Part shown: one piece after another, positions 17,577 to 27,031 of the stretch
Layout: each line of letters starts with the position of its first letter
How positions within the stretch are numbered: position 1 is the stretch's first letter
Source: Candidatus Thorarchaeota archaeon
Lineage (GTDB): Archaea > Asgardarchaeota > Thorarchaeia > Thorarchaeales > Thorarchaeaceae
DNA length: 32,481 nt
Direction: 5' to 3'
Assembly (NCBI GenBank): GCA_004524445.1
Contig: SDNP01000033.1
Coordinates: forward strand, 1 to 32,481
Made by a program: the position numbers and the translations under genes
The notes under the pieces: generated by a model
Databases searched by the model: none
Seen by the model: the letters and a program-made list of their open reading frames with translations, nothing else
What the model was told of the DNA's origin: nothing

Positions 17577-17584
17577 TATATAAA
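17577..17584 (-). promoter_or_regulatory. Archaeal TATA box for the cdc6-like gene
   Basis: TTTATATA on the minus strand, ending 29 nt upstream of the ATG at 17548. The spacing fits a leaderless or near-leaderless transcript. Confidence 0.55.
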
Positions 17585-17631
17585 CACCTCAGAGACATAA
17601 CCGAAAGTATTCTCGGATTATAGGGGGGCAT

Positions 17632-18969
17632 TCACACCATGGTCTGAAGTACTTCGTTGCATTCAGGGTCCAAAATGAATGAGTTGAATCCCGCTCCTAT
17701 GACATCTCTCAAGTCTTGAAGGCGCTTCTTCTTTGTTTCATCACTGAAAGGCCACTTATGTTCGGGTTTGGGTGTTATCCCCAGCTCCTGACATTTGTTG
17801 ACAATCTGCATAACGACTTCGTATATCTGCTCACCGGTCTTTTCAGATGGCCGTATCTCTCTGGAATGCATGATAATACCATATGCGGCAGTATTATTTC
17901 CCAAATACCACTTACTTGGGGCATGTCCGTACTTCGCAAAAGGTGTGAGTCCGTTATCCATCAGAAGACTATCGATTTCTGAGATACTGTGTTGCATTCT
18001 CCTCAAACTATCGTCATGTAATCCATACCCCTCGAACAGTGCCATCTGAATGCCTTCTTTGGGATTACGTTTTGGAAGCTTTATCCTAACTTCTTTCATA
18101 TTCTCAAGTTCAGTGGGTTCGAGCTTTGTGAGATTCACGATTTCATTCAGTTCTTCCTCATAGGGTTTTGGCACTTCCAGGATATGAAGTGGTGGGTTCA
18201 AATCGCCTCTAACATCGTCGTGTGCCATGACAATCGTTTCACCATATCGAATAGGACTCTTTCGCTCAATCATTTCTGCGATTGCTATGCCCATCTCTTG
18301 ATAGTTCTCGTACTCAACTATGCCTCCTACTGTTTCTTCATCTTCAATCGGGCGAATATCTAATCTGAGTTCTGTGATGAATCCCAGCGTGCCATGCGAA
18401 CTAGCAACATCGTGAATTGAGAATTTCATGTCATTGAGTCTTTCCGCCACATGCTTATTCTCGGATTTCACCCCATTTTGGTCAACAGTTATTGGGGTGC
18501 CATCAGATAGAACCATTCTCACTCGGTATGTGTTGTCCCTCATTGTCCCATTAACCCACGTGTCATTTCCCCCGCCATCTGTGCTCAGTATTCCTCCAAC
18601 AGTGGCTATATCTCTGCTACTCGGTGCTACCCATAGCTTCATTGCAATGGGTTCGAGAAGCTCGTTGATTTCATCAGGAGTTGCCCCCGGTTGAACATCC
18701 ACATAACCTTGGTCCTTAGAGATTGTCAATAGCTCTTTCATTTGTAGGCTACTGAGCATTATTCTCTCCTGATTCCCGCCCGTGCATGCTCCGCTTAATC
18801 CGGACCCACCTCCCTTTGGAGTGACCTCATAGTCATTCTCGTTGGCAAATTGAAGAGCCAATATGACATCTCTTTCGGTCTTCGGATAGAAGACTCCCTT
18901 GATTTTTTTGAAATCAAGTCGGTAATACATGGATGCATTTGCCCCAATGGCAACATCTCTTAATTTCAC
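17632..18969 (-). CDS. FAD-linked oxidoreductase, GlcD/D-lactate dehydrogenase (VAO/PCMH) family
   Basis: 'TPKGGGSGLSGA', 'VDVQPG', 'APSSRDIATVGGILSTDGGG', 'SSHGTLGFITEL', and C-terminal 'GHA...MH...PEHK'. The GTG start directly follows the upstream stop and has a purine-rich RBS. Confidence 0.88.
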   Translation of the reverse strand: MKLRDVAIGANASMYYRLDFKKIKGVFYPKTERDVILALQFANENDYEVTPKGGGSGLSGACTGGNQERIMLSSLQMKELLTISKDQGYVDVQPGATPDEINELLEPIAMKLWVAPSSRDIATVGGILSTDGGGNDTWVNGTMRDNTYRVRMVLSDGTPITVDQNGVKSENKHVAERLNDMKFSIHDVASSHGTLGFITELRLDIRPIEDEETVGGIVEYENYQEMGIAIAEMIERKSPIRYGETIVMAHDDVRGDLNPPLHILEVPKPYEEELNEIVNLTKLEPTELENMKEVRIKLPKRNPKEGIQMALFEGYGLHDDSLRRMQHSISEIDSLLMDNGLTPFAKYGHAPSKWYLGNNTAAYGIIMHSREIRPSEKTGEQIYEVVMQIVNKCQELGITPKPEHKWPFSDETKKKRLQDLRDVIGAGFNSFILDPECNEVLQTMV

Positions 18970-18970
18970 T

Positions 18971-20074
18971 CTATCTCCCCTCCTCTAAGGCTGCATCCAT
19001 TAGTTCCACAATATCTACAGTCTCCAGATTGTTGCCAAGCAGCTGTTCTCTGCAAGATGGGCAGGCAGTAATCACTGTGTATTTTCTAAGGTGTTCACTA
19101 GCAGCTCTCAGGCGAATGATTTTATCACTGAGGTCTGGGTCGGTCATCCTGAGTAGTCCTCCCCCGCCGCAGCAACTGAGCTCCATCTCCTTATAGCTCA
19201 CGTTCATCTTTGCTAGGAGCGAACGAGGTTCAGTCTTGACATCGCAAATCCTATGTAATTCGCATGGATCATGATATGCGAAATCTTCTTCGCTTTCATA
19301 TTTGGGAAGGCTATCATACTGTCGATCGAAGAATTGAGTATGATGCAGCGCCTCCACACCCTCTAGCGAATGGTGCATTGAGAGCTGTATGAGACACCCG
19401 GGGCAGCAGGTGACCACGTAGTCTGCCCCCGTGGATTCGATTACTTTCTTGTTATGTTTTCGAAGCACATCTGCACCTTCTTCATCTCCCATTAGATGGA
19501 GTGGATGACCACAACAGAATTCTTGAGAACCCATGACCAGATAATCAATTTCTGCTCTTTCTAGCGACTTGAAAAATGACCTGAGAACGTCCATCTGTGA
19601 GTACCTGAATGACATAAGGCAGCCCAGAAAAACCACAACATCAGCCGTTTTCCCTTCCTCATACACATGGTCTTCAATTCCAGGAATGATATCACGCAAT
19701 TCATCCAGCCAATAGATTGCTCGGTCCTCTGGATCCAACCCATATATGTTCTGAACATTTGCCAAGGCATCGCGAAGCGAATCAAGATATCCGAATTCTT
19801 TGGGTGCCTCCTTGAGCGCCCTTCCTCTGCTGTCGTGCCAGACTTCGAGAAGGTCAACATCTGAAGAGCAGATTTCTTTGCACCTTCCGCACATGGTGCA
19901 TTGAAATAGAAGTCTTCGGAACTCTTTTCCAAGCTCCTCGTCTTCTTCTATCAAATCCATTACTTGCAACACATATGTCTTACCACGTGGTGAATACTGT
20001 TCTTCTCCGACCGCATCAAAAATCGGGCAGATTTTCAGGCATGAACCACAACGTACGCACTTTTCGAAGGACAT
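18971..20074 (-). CDS. (Fe-S)-binding protein, GlcF/HdrD-like (2x[4Fe-4S] + two CCG domains)
   Basis: 'CVRCGSCLKICP' and 'CTMCGRCKEIC' ferredoxin motifs. CCG domains: 'GC...CCGHP...TCCPGC' and 'YHDPCEL...CCGGGG...TACPSC'. It lies 1 nt from the FAD subunit, so the two probably form an operon. Confidence 0.92.
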   Translation of the reverse strand: MSFEKCVRCGSCLKICPIFDAVGEEQYSPRGKTYVLQVMDLIEEDEELGKEFRRLLFQCTMCGRCKEICSSDVDLLEVWHDSRGRALKEAPKEFGYLDSLRDALANVQNIYGLDPEDRAIYWLDELRDIIPGIEDHVYEEGKTADVVVFLGCLMSFRYSQMDVLRSFFKSLERAEIDYLVMGSQEFCCGHPLHLMGDEEGADVLRKHNKKVIESTGADYVVTCCPGCLIQLSMHHSLEGVEALHHTQFFDRQYDSLPKYESEEDFAYHDPCELHRICDVKTEPRSLLAKMNVSYKEMELSCCGGGGLLRMTDPDLSDKIIRLRAASEHLRKYTVITACPSCREQLLGNNLETVDIVELMDAALEEGR

Positions 20075-20253
20075 CGATGATTACCCCTTGTTCTCAGGAC
20101 TCGTACAGATTCTACATAAAACAAATAGGCTTACCTATAGCTCAAACAAGACTTGCGATATTCTTTCATGAATGCTCATTTCGGCGCATATTTATGTAAT
20201 ACCTCATCGGTAGAAACGGGTTCAAGCAAACTCTTTCGAGGACTAGATCAAAC

Positions 20254-22236
20254 ATGGCAAGTAGAAAAGCAAAAGCCGCCCTTCTCGTTATTGTAGTAGT
20301 GTCCACTGTTTTCGTGGGGTCACTCGTACTAAATCGACTATTCCAGACCGATGAAGATGACGGTGGTCAGACTCAGATAGAGCCCCATCCCTATAATGCG
20401 CTGAACTGGTGGGATGTCGCTAAAGAGATTGCGAAAACTAGCAATATGTTAACACCACTGGGTCGAATCGTGGGCTTCGGAAACAGACATCTTGAGAACC
20501 CAAACACAGGGTATTATGACGCTGCTGATTATCTCATAGACTTACTAGGCGGCTGGGGATTAGAGGCGCAGTACTTTGGAAACCATGATTCAGTTCTGAG
20601 CCGTCAGGTTGGCTATGGCAATGATAGCAGGGCAATCGTATTTGGTGCCCATCTTGATTCCAATGAAAACGGAGTTGGAGTAAATCAGAATGCAGGTGGA
20701 TGTGCTGTGGTCACCATGATTGCAGATATCCTCAGAAATTATCGCTTGCCGGTTGATATCTACTACTGTTACTTCTCTTACAATACGGTGTTCTTGGATG
20801 AACAACAACGAGTTCGTGCAATGTATGGTTCAAAGGAGATTGCCCAACACTTCGTCGATGAAGACATTGATGTCATGGCATTTTATAACTTCGATGAGCT
20901 CTTGTTCTACAATGAAAATCAGGATGAAACAGAATCCCTTATTGCAGAGCATCACTCTCCGGTTAGCAGAGGCTATCATCAAACACAATATTTGGCTGAA
21001 CTGATGCAAGCTTTTCTAAGAAACTCGGGACATAATTTCATGTCCATAGATGATGAACTCAACACACAGACGGACCACTGGGCCTTTTGGGATAGAGGCT
21101 TGCCCGCTGTGAATATAAAGAGTGGTCACAGAATCGACCCTGAGTTTCCGCCACAAGATTCCCTCTACAGCGAAGATTATAATCGGGACCATGCGTTTGA
21201 ATTGGGTAAGGCTGCCGCTGCCCTCGCAGTATATCTAGCCTCCAGTGGAAATGGAGAAACGATTTCTTTCAAACTCGAAAAGCCAATTCTACCAGGAAGC
21301 TCATCCCAATTCAGAACCGTGATATCTTTCCGTCAGACTATTCAGCTGACAAGCATATCGAACTCAACAGAACCAATCTCTCTCAGAATACAGGGTGGAA
21401 ATGACACCGTCTTACCAACGACTGACTTCGACAATGGAAGTGTTACCCTTACTACGGAACAGCAAGCGGACTTAGGCCCCCTCTCGGTGAAAATTACAAA
21501 TATTGGAAATGCCACCATCTACATCGAGGTTCACATTTTCTATCAAAATGACCATGACGGGAATGGTATTGTGGACTCGGAACAATATACATGGAGCGAA
21601 CCTGACCCACCCCTTGACTGGGATAAAGACGGTCTCTCTGACAAGGATGAAGAAGTATATGGAACCGACATATTTGTTCGGGACACCGATCAGGACGGTA
21701 TGCCGGATGGTTTCGAAGTGGCTTACGACCTGAATCCCCTCTTACATGATAGCAAAGGTGATTTGGACGAAGATGGACTTGACAATATTCGAGAGATGCA
21801 ACTAGGCACTGCCGCAAACAATAACGACACCGATGCGGATGGAATGCCTGATGGATGGGAAGTAATGTACGGGACTGACCCGCTAGTTGATGATGCACTT
21901 GAGGATTTCGATGCTGATAACCTTACCAATCTGGAGGAATATATGTATGGAGCTGACCCGTATCTTCCTGATTCTGATTTTGATGGAATCACCGATGCCG
22001 AAGAAGTTGAGAGAGGAACAGATCCAATGAATCCCGATTCAGATGAAGATGGTCTCCGAGACCTTCTCGAACTCATAGAGGGACTCGACCCACTGTGGCC
22101 TGATTATGATTTTGACCTATTACCAGATGGCTCTGACCCAAATCCCAAAATCAATGGCCTTCTGATGATATTGGCACTTGCAGCAATCCCTGTGGCCATC
22201 GGTTCAATTTTCTTCTACCGACGGCTCTACAAATAG
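20254..22236 (+). CDS. Membrane-anchored M28-peptidase-fold protein with Asp-rich Ca-binding (TSP3-like) repeats
   Basis: N-terminal hydrophobic helix; M28-like 'IVFGAHLDS', 'NFDEL', 'TDHWAFWDRGLPAVNI'; repeated DxDxDG-x-x-D-x-x-E units; C-terminal TM followed by 'YRRLYK'. Confidence 0.85.
   Translation: MASRKAKAALLVIVVVSTVFVGSLVLNRLFQTDEDDGGQTQIEPHPYNALNWWDVAKEIAKTSNMLTPLGRIVGFGNRHLENPNTGYYDAADYLIDLLGGWGLEAQYFGNHDSVLSRQVGYGNDSRAIVFGAHLDSNENGVGVNQNAGGCAVVTMIADILRNYRLPVDIYYCYFSYNTVFLDEQQRVRAMYGSKEIAQHFVDEDIDVMAFYNFDELLFYNENQDETESLIAEHHSPVSRGYHQTQYLAELMQAFLRNSGHNFMSIDDELNTQTDHWAFWDRGLPAVNIKSGHRIDPEFPPQDSLYSEDYNRDHAFELGKAAAALAVYLASSGNGETISFKLEKPILPGSSSQFRTVISFRQTIQLTSISNSTEPISLRIQGGNDTVLPTTDFDNGSVTLTTEQQADLGPLSVKITNIGNATIYIEVHIFYQNDHDGNGIVDSEQYTWSEPDPPLDWDKDGLSDKDEEVYGTDIFVRDTDQDGMPDGFEVAYDLNPLLHDSKGDLDEDGLDNIREMQLGTAANNNDTDADGMPDGWEVMYGTDPLVDDALEDFDADNLTNLEEYMYGADPYLPDSDFDGITDAEEVERGTDPMNPDSDEDGLRDLLELIEGLDPLWPDYDFDLLPDGSDPNPKINGLLMILALAAIPVAIGSIFFYRRLYK
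21547..22146 (+). repeat. Tandem Asp-rich DxDxDG coding repeats (putative Ca2+-binding)
   Basis: DHDGNG, DWDKDG, DTDQDG, DLDEDG, DTDADG, DFDADN, DSDFDG, DSDEDG and DYDFDL units, often with 'G[TL]DP' linkers. Confidence 0.85.
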
Positions 22237-22330
22237 CAGGGCGAATTGATGCTAGTGTGAAAGAACTTGTAGATGAGTGGTTTGAAAGAAAAGGCTTTGA
22301 GTGGAGTACAAGACTCCACTCTTCAATTAT

Positions 22331-23692
22331 CTATGTCTTGGGGGCTTTTGGAATGTATCCCTTGGAATAGAGAACTTCAGATGCGGCTCGAGCTGTGCGA
22401 ATCACATCTTCAGCATGCTTATAGAGGTCGTCTTGCTCCCATTCCTTCTGGGCTATTCCTTGCTCAATAGCTTTCATGCCCACGGCTGTGGCCTCAAGCG
22501 GATAGAGTTCCCATTGATCCATCGTTGGAATGACTTTCTCTTCATTTGCTTCCTTTGCGCCCAATTCCGCAAGGGCTTCTGCCGCAGCAACACACATCTC
22601 ATCAGTGATTGTTGAGGCTCGTACATCCAAAGTACCTCTGAAGATTCCTGGGAATCCCAGGGAGTTATTGATTTGGTTATCAAAATCACTTCGCCCTGTT
22701 CCAACAATCTTTGCTCCTGCATCCTTCGCGTCCCATGGCCAGATTTCAGGAAGTGGATTGGCACAGGCAAAGACAATCGAGTCGTCTGCCATCTTTTCTA
22801 CCCATTCCTTCTTGATGGTGCCAGGTACTGGTCTTGATGCCGCTATCAGAATATCTGCTCCATTGATTACCTCACCCAGGTCACCAGTCATCCTATCGGG
22901 ATTAGTCTTCTGAGCCAAGTCATACTTGAAGATGTCATAATCCTTCTCTTCAACGATATCTTCTCGGTCTGAATAAATCGCACCGGTGCTATCAACCATA
23001 ATGATATTCTTTGGATCAACACCTGCCGCAATCAGAAGATATGCTGTTCGTGTATTGGCTGCTCCAACACCGAGCATCCTAATTGTTACATTCTCGATAT
23101 CTTTCTTGACCACCCTCAGTGCACCGAGCACCCCAGCTAAAACAACCGTTCCTGTACCCTGCGCGTCATCATGCCAGACAGGAATGTTTACGTCTGGGTG
23201 ATTTCTCAGCTCTTCAAGGACATGGTAACACTTTGGTTTTTCAATATCCTCCAAATTGATGCCACCAAAGGAGGGTTGGAGGAACTTCACAGTTTGGATG
23301 ATTTCGTCCTTTTCTTTTGTATCCAAACAGACCGGCCAGGCATCTACACCACCAAGATATTTGAATAGAATGGACTTGCCTTCCATAACAGGTCCAGCAG
23401 CTTCGGGTCCAATATTCCCTAATCCGAGGACTCGGGTCCCATCGCTCACGACGGCAACCATATTGCCCTTATTTGTCATGCTGTAGACCTCTGTCGGGTC
23501 TTCTTTGATTGCATTACATGCTTTGGCTACACCTGGGGTGTACCAGATTGCGAAGTCATCAAAAGACCGCACCGGTACCTTGCCTATGCTCTGAATTTTC
23601 CCTTTGTAAAACGGGTGGAGAACAAGCGCATCTTTACCGGGCTTCTCGGCCTTCTTTTTTAGTTCATCAGTACTAAGTTTTTCTTTCGGCAT
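22331..23692 (-). CDS. mae: NAD(P)-dependent malic enzyme (malate dehydrogenase, decarboxylating)
   Basis: 'YTPGVA', 'DGTRVLGLGNIG', 'VMEGK', 'GINLEDI', 'HDDAQGT', 'GVGAAN', 'GRSDFDNQINNSLGFPGIFRG'. There is no PTA domain. I prefer the ATG at 23692 to the TTG at 23707. Confidence 0.95.
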   Translation of the reverse strand: MPKEKLSTDELKKKAEKPGKDALVLHPFYKGKIQSIGKVPVRSFDDFAIWYTPGVAKACNAIKEDPTEVYSMTNKGNMVAVVSDGTRVLGLGNIGPEAAGPVMEGKSILFKYLGGVDAWPVCLDTKEKDEIIQTVKFLQPSFGGINLEDIEKPKCYHVLEELRNHPDVNIPVWHDDAQGTGTVVLAGVLGALRVVKKDIENVTIRMLGVGAANTRTAYLLIAAGVDPKNIIMVDSTGAIYSDREDIVEEKDYDIFKYDLAQKTNPDRMTGDLGEVINGADILIAASRPVPGTIKKEWVEKMADDSIVFACANPLPEIWPWDAKDAGAKIVGTGRSDFDNQINNSLGFPGIFRGTLDVRASTITDEMCVAAAEALAELGAKEANEEKVIPTMDQWELYPLEATAVGMKAIEQGIAQKEWEQDDLYKHAEDVIRTARAASEVLYSKGYIPKAPKT

Positions 23693-23795
23693 TCCGATAA
23701 GCCTCAAATTAATTTTGCAAGATTGTCCAATAGGTCGGGCAATTTTGACAAGTGGAGCTCATTACGTCATTTATTAAAGTGTATCTTTCGCTCAG

Positions 23796-23830
23796 TTTTC
23801 TGTTTCCCTAATTGAATGAGAACCAGAAAA
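23796..23830. terminator. Imperfect inverted repeat downstream of the bcp pair, upstream of malic enzyme
   Basis: TTTTCTGTTTC (23796-23806) pairs with GAACCAGAAAA (23820-23830) with one mismatch. It could be a terminator or an operator. Confidence 0.3.
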
Positions 23831-23865
23831 TGCCTACTGATTTTGATATGCAATCAACTACATGA

Positions 23866-24339
23866 TTATAGTTGTAGACCCCAATAGTCGATGATCTGTT
23901 CTGCGTGCTGGGCAGACTTGACATCTGCTATCCCTTGGTCACCACCAAAGATTGCCTCTATTTTGCCCTCTTCATCGATGAGGTATGTGATTCGCTTGAC
24001 ACCCATCCCAACAATCTTCAGGCGACTTGATGCTTCATACTTCTCTGCAATCTTGTAGTCTTCATCCATAAGAATTGGAAATGGCAGGTCATGTTCTTCC
24101 CGAAACTTACGATGAGTTTCAGCATCACCACCCGATATTCCAAAGATTGGAATGTCCTTTCCCTGGAAGATAGTATAGCTGTCTCGAAGAGAACAGGCCT
24201 CGGCAGTACAGCCGGGAGTGAAGTCTTTTGGATAAAAGTAGAGAACAATCTTCTGCCCTCGATAGTCTGAGAGCTTGAAGTCTTCTCCAGATGCTGTCTT
24301 GGTCTCAATTTCTGGTGCTTTATCACCTATCTCTAACAT
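23866..24339 (-). CDS. bcp: Peroxiredoxin Bcp/PrxQ (2-Cys, CxxxxC)
   Basis: 'VLYFYPKDFTPGCTAEACSLRD' with the PxxxTxxC motif, and 'KRITYLIDEEGKI'. Confidence 0.95.
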   Translation of the reverse strand: MLEIGDKAPEIETKTASGEDFKLSDYRGQKIVLYFYPKDFTPGCTAEACSLRDSYTIFQGKDIPIFGISGGDAETHRKFREEHDLPFPILMDEDYKIAEKYEASSRLKIVGMGVKRITYLIDEEGKIEAIFGGDQGIADVKSAQHAEQIIDYWGLQL

Positions 24340-24350
24340 ATGATGTCCCC

Positions 24351-24830
24351 CTATAGACTAAGATTCCAGTGTTCAATAATCTGGTCTGCATGCTCCTTGG
24401 TCTTGACTTTGGCAACTCCGCCCGGACCAAAGATATCGTCAATCTTTCCATCTTCATCAATCAGAAAAGTTGTTCGCTGAATACCCATGTATTCTCTCCC
24501 ATACATCTTCTTCTTTTGCCAGACTCCATACTTCTCTGCTATCTCATGATTCTCGTCCAACAGCAAAGGAAATGGAAGATTGTTCTTCTCTTTGAAGTTT
24601 TTATGCGTTTTCTCACTGCCTGGTGCAATTCCGAACACCTCAATACCATTTTCCTGAAATTCTGAATAACGGTCTCTGAACGATGCTGACTCTGCCTGGC
24701 AGCCTTTCGTATTATCCTTCACGTACCAGTATAGTACGATTTTCTTGCCTTTCTGGTCACTTAGTTTGAACTTCTGTCCACTCTGAGTTGTTGTTTCAAA
24801 ATCTGGTGCATTATCTCGCTTCTTCAACAT
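24351..24830 (-). CDS. bcp: Peroxiredoxin Bcp/PrxQ paralogue (single Cys)
   Basis: 'VLYWYVKDNTKGCQAESASFRD', 'YGVWQKKKMYGREYMGIQRTTFLIDEDGKI'. A GGGTGA RBS lies upstream. Confidence 0.93.
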   Translation of the reverse strand: MLKKRDNAPDFETTTQSGQKFKLSDQKGKKIVLYWYVKDNTKGCQAESASFRDRYSEFQENGIEVFGIAPGSEKTHKNFKEKNNLPFPLLLDENHEIAEKYGVWQKKKMYGREYMGIQRTTFLIDEDGKIDDIFGPGGVAKVKTKEHADQIIEHWNLSL

Positions 24831-24971
24831 AATTCATCACCCTGTATCGAATTAACTATGGTGAATTACTCCATAATCCGTATTAAGTATTTTGGAGCAG
24901 AACGTGTCGGGCGATAAGGCTTATAGCAATCAGAAAGACTGACTTGACAGGCTTACGGGAGAAAAACGGTT

Positions 24972-25988
24972 ATGTCAGAGCAAGTCATGACAAAGAAACC
25001 CATCACAGGTTACCAAATTCTGTTCATCACTATTTCATTTGTGACCCTTGTTGGCAGCATCCTTGCTACTCAACTGGTCATGTCGATGCTGAGTTCTCTC
25101 GAGTTGATACTTGTTCATATTCTATGGTTCCTTGGAATTCCTGTTGGTCTATCGACCATAGGATTCCTTCTCGGCTGGAAATCCAAAAAGAATGCTGTTG
25201 AATACTCTCCAATTGATAACGAATTCTCGCCCAAACAATACACAATTCAGGAAGTTCAACAACTTGAGCACAATCATCAGAGCAAATACTCTCGAGCTGT
25301 ATCTACTCCAACATTCTGGCATTATTTCAATCCAATCCTACTGATTGTATTAATAATCGGCGTCAGATTAGGCGTAACTCAGATTGAAACCATGCTGGGC
25401 ATAGGAATTTCATATATCTACACTCTTTTGCTCACTCTCATTTTTGCATCATCCACATTTGGGGCATGGAGGGCAACTTCTAATGAGGCATCAGCAGATC
25501 TGAACCTGAGGATGATAAGAGAAACCGTATCGCTGGCAAAACAACAAGAGAAGATTGCCGGCGTTAGGAATATTCGCATTGTGATTGACAGGGCTAAGCC
25601 TGGGAACGTTGAACTCTACAAGGATCCAAGAGTTCTATTCAGAATCCAAGGGATTTCTGACCACAGTTTTGTTGAAACATGGAGTGAAGAAGTTGGATCT
25701 GCTAATCGTCTATACGCGAAATTGTTGCCGTTCAAAGAGGAACCCGCTGTTGCCTTCTGGTGGCATTTCAGAGACCGCTATTTCCAAAAGTCTTTGGCTG
25801 ATGAGGGGGATAGCAAATATGTAAAATCACCATTGTCTGAGGCAGACAATGAGATTGGGGTGAAGGATGTTGATATCCTCACGAAGTCCGCCATAGCACT
25901 TCTATGCCTTGAATGGATTCAAACACGAGGCAATAACGAAGAGCTGACTAAGATATTGCAGAGATTCGATGTGGATACTAATTGGTAA
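24972..25988 (+). CDS. Uncharacterised 4-TM membrane protein with C-terminal soluble domain (paralogue 1 of 3)
   Basis: 338-aa ORF with two N-terminal hydrophobic helices, a polar loop, two more helices and a soluble C-terminal half containing 'RIQG'. Confidence 0.8.
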   Translation: MSEQVMTKKPITGYQILFITISFVTLVGSILATQLVMSMLSSLELILVHILWFLGIPVGLSTIGFLLGWKSKKNAVEYSPIDNEFSPKQYTIQEVQQLEHNHQSKYSRAVSTPTFWHYFNPILLIVLIIGVRLGVTQIETMLGIGISYIYTLLLTLIFASSTFGAWRATSNEASADLNLRMIRETVSLAKQQEKIAGVRNIRIVIDRAKPGNVELYKDPRVLFRIQGISDHSFVETWSEEVGSANRLYAKLLPFKEEPAVAFWWHFRDRYFQKSLADEGDSKYVKSPLSEADNEIGVKDVDILTKSAIALLCLEWIQTRGNNEELTKILQRFDVDTNW

Positions 25989-26026
25989 TCTACTTTCATT
26001 GGAGTCGCCTGGGGAATGCCTTAAGA

Positions 26027-26947
26027 ATGTCAAAACTGTCATCGCCTTCTGCAACGATTTTGAATATTGGCTCCTTTGTGATAATACTGATTTGGGCATA
26101 TATAGGACTCATGGCATCTGAATATTTGCTGGTCGATTTCTTTCAGAGAATAGAAATATGGATGTTGACTTCTTTCCTTCTCGAACTTTCCATGCTCATT
26201 GCAATTCTCTCGGTTTGCTGGTGGGTCAAATCGAAATGGCTTATGATTGATATTCAGTGGGAATATTCAATCAGGGAAATCGAGTTGCAGGAACTTGAAG
26301 CCATTTACAACGAATACCTTGGAGCCTATCCTTGGTTTATCAATCATTACTATTTCAAACGGATTCTCCTGATGATTTTTGTTTTTCTTATAACACCGCT
26401 AGTCCCCTTTCTGACACATCCCTTTGGCATCTATGCATTCTCGTATTCGCCAGTGTTTTTCGCATTGTTTCTGATAGGGCTGGGTATCATTTCAGTCAGG
26501 GCAATTTATCCAGCTCTTCCAAGTCCGGCCGGCGATGGGTTTTCTCTGCCTCCTCTTTCAAAAGTGAAATCAGCTATTAGGGTTCTCAAGAATATTGACT
26601 CTGTATCGTGGACGGGGGTAAAGGTGAATATAGGTCAGTTCGATGGATATTACACGATTGCAGATGCACAACCTGTCGGAAGGATTCGTGGATTTGAGAG
26701 TGTACTTCGAGTTGAGTTCTCTGAGGATGTGGAAGGTCACTACAAGAGTATTCGCGTAGTCGATTTGAGTGGGGCACCTGAAGACCAAGAAGGTAAGTTG
26801 CTGTTTGAAAGCAACTCCGCATCTCTTGATTCAATCCGGAGAGCGATAAAGAAATCAATAGCTTCATTTTCGAAATCCCATGGGTATGATGATGATACAA
26901 TGGAATTCTTTCAAGAGTTGCACACATCTTCTGAAGATAATGAGTAG
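26027..26947 (+). CDS. Uncharacterised 4-TM membrane protein (paralogue 2 of 3)
   Basis: Same layout, with 'RIRG'. The ATG at 26027 avoids the overlap and matches the paralogues' N-terminal length better than the TTG at 25982. Confidence 0.8.
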   Translation: MSKLSSPSATILNIGSFVIILIWAYIGLMASEYLLVDFFQRIEIWMLTSFLLELSMLIAILSVCWWVKSKWLMIDIQWEYSIREIELQELEAIYNEYLGAYPWFINHYYFKRILLMIFVFLITPLVPFLTHPFGIYAFSYSPVFFALFLIGLGIISVRAIYPALPSPAGDGFSLPPLSKVKSAIRVLKNIDSVSWTGVKVNIGQFDGYYTIADAQPVGRIRGFESVLRVEFSEDVEGHYKSIRVVDLSGAPEDQEGKLLFESNSASLDSIRRAIKKSIASFSKSHGYDDDTMEFFQELHTSSEDNE

Positions 26948-27031
26948 TCTTAATGATCTTACAAAACTCATTCCGAATGGGCTTAATTTTATTACCAAGA
27001 ATTGAATCCATGGTATTGAGGCTTGAGTATC

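Noticed and set aside
17549-17631. Replication origin next to the cdc6-like gene
   Set aside because: The flanking intergenic regions are very short and show no repeated ORB boxes. A single G-run near 17623 is not enough.
23708-23865. Possible tRNA, ncRNA or riboswitch in the longer intergenic gaps (also 20075-20253 and 32104-32275)
   Set aside because: No cloverleaf, T-loop or recognisable conserved RNA motif is visible. There are only weak inverted repeats and AT-rich promoter-like boxes.
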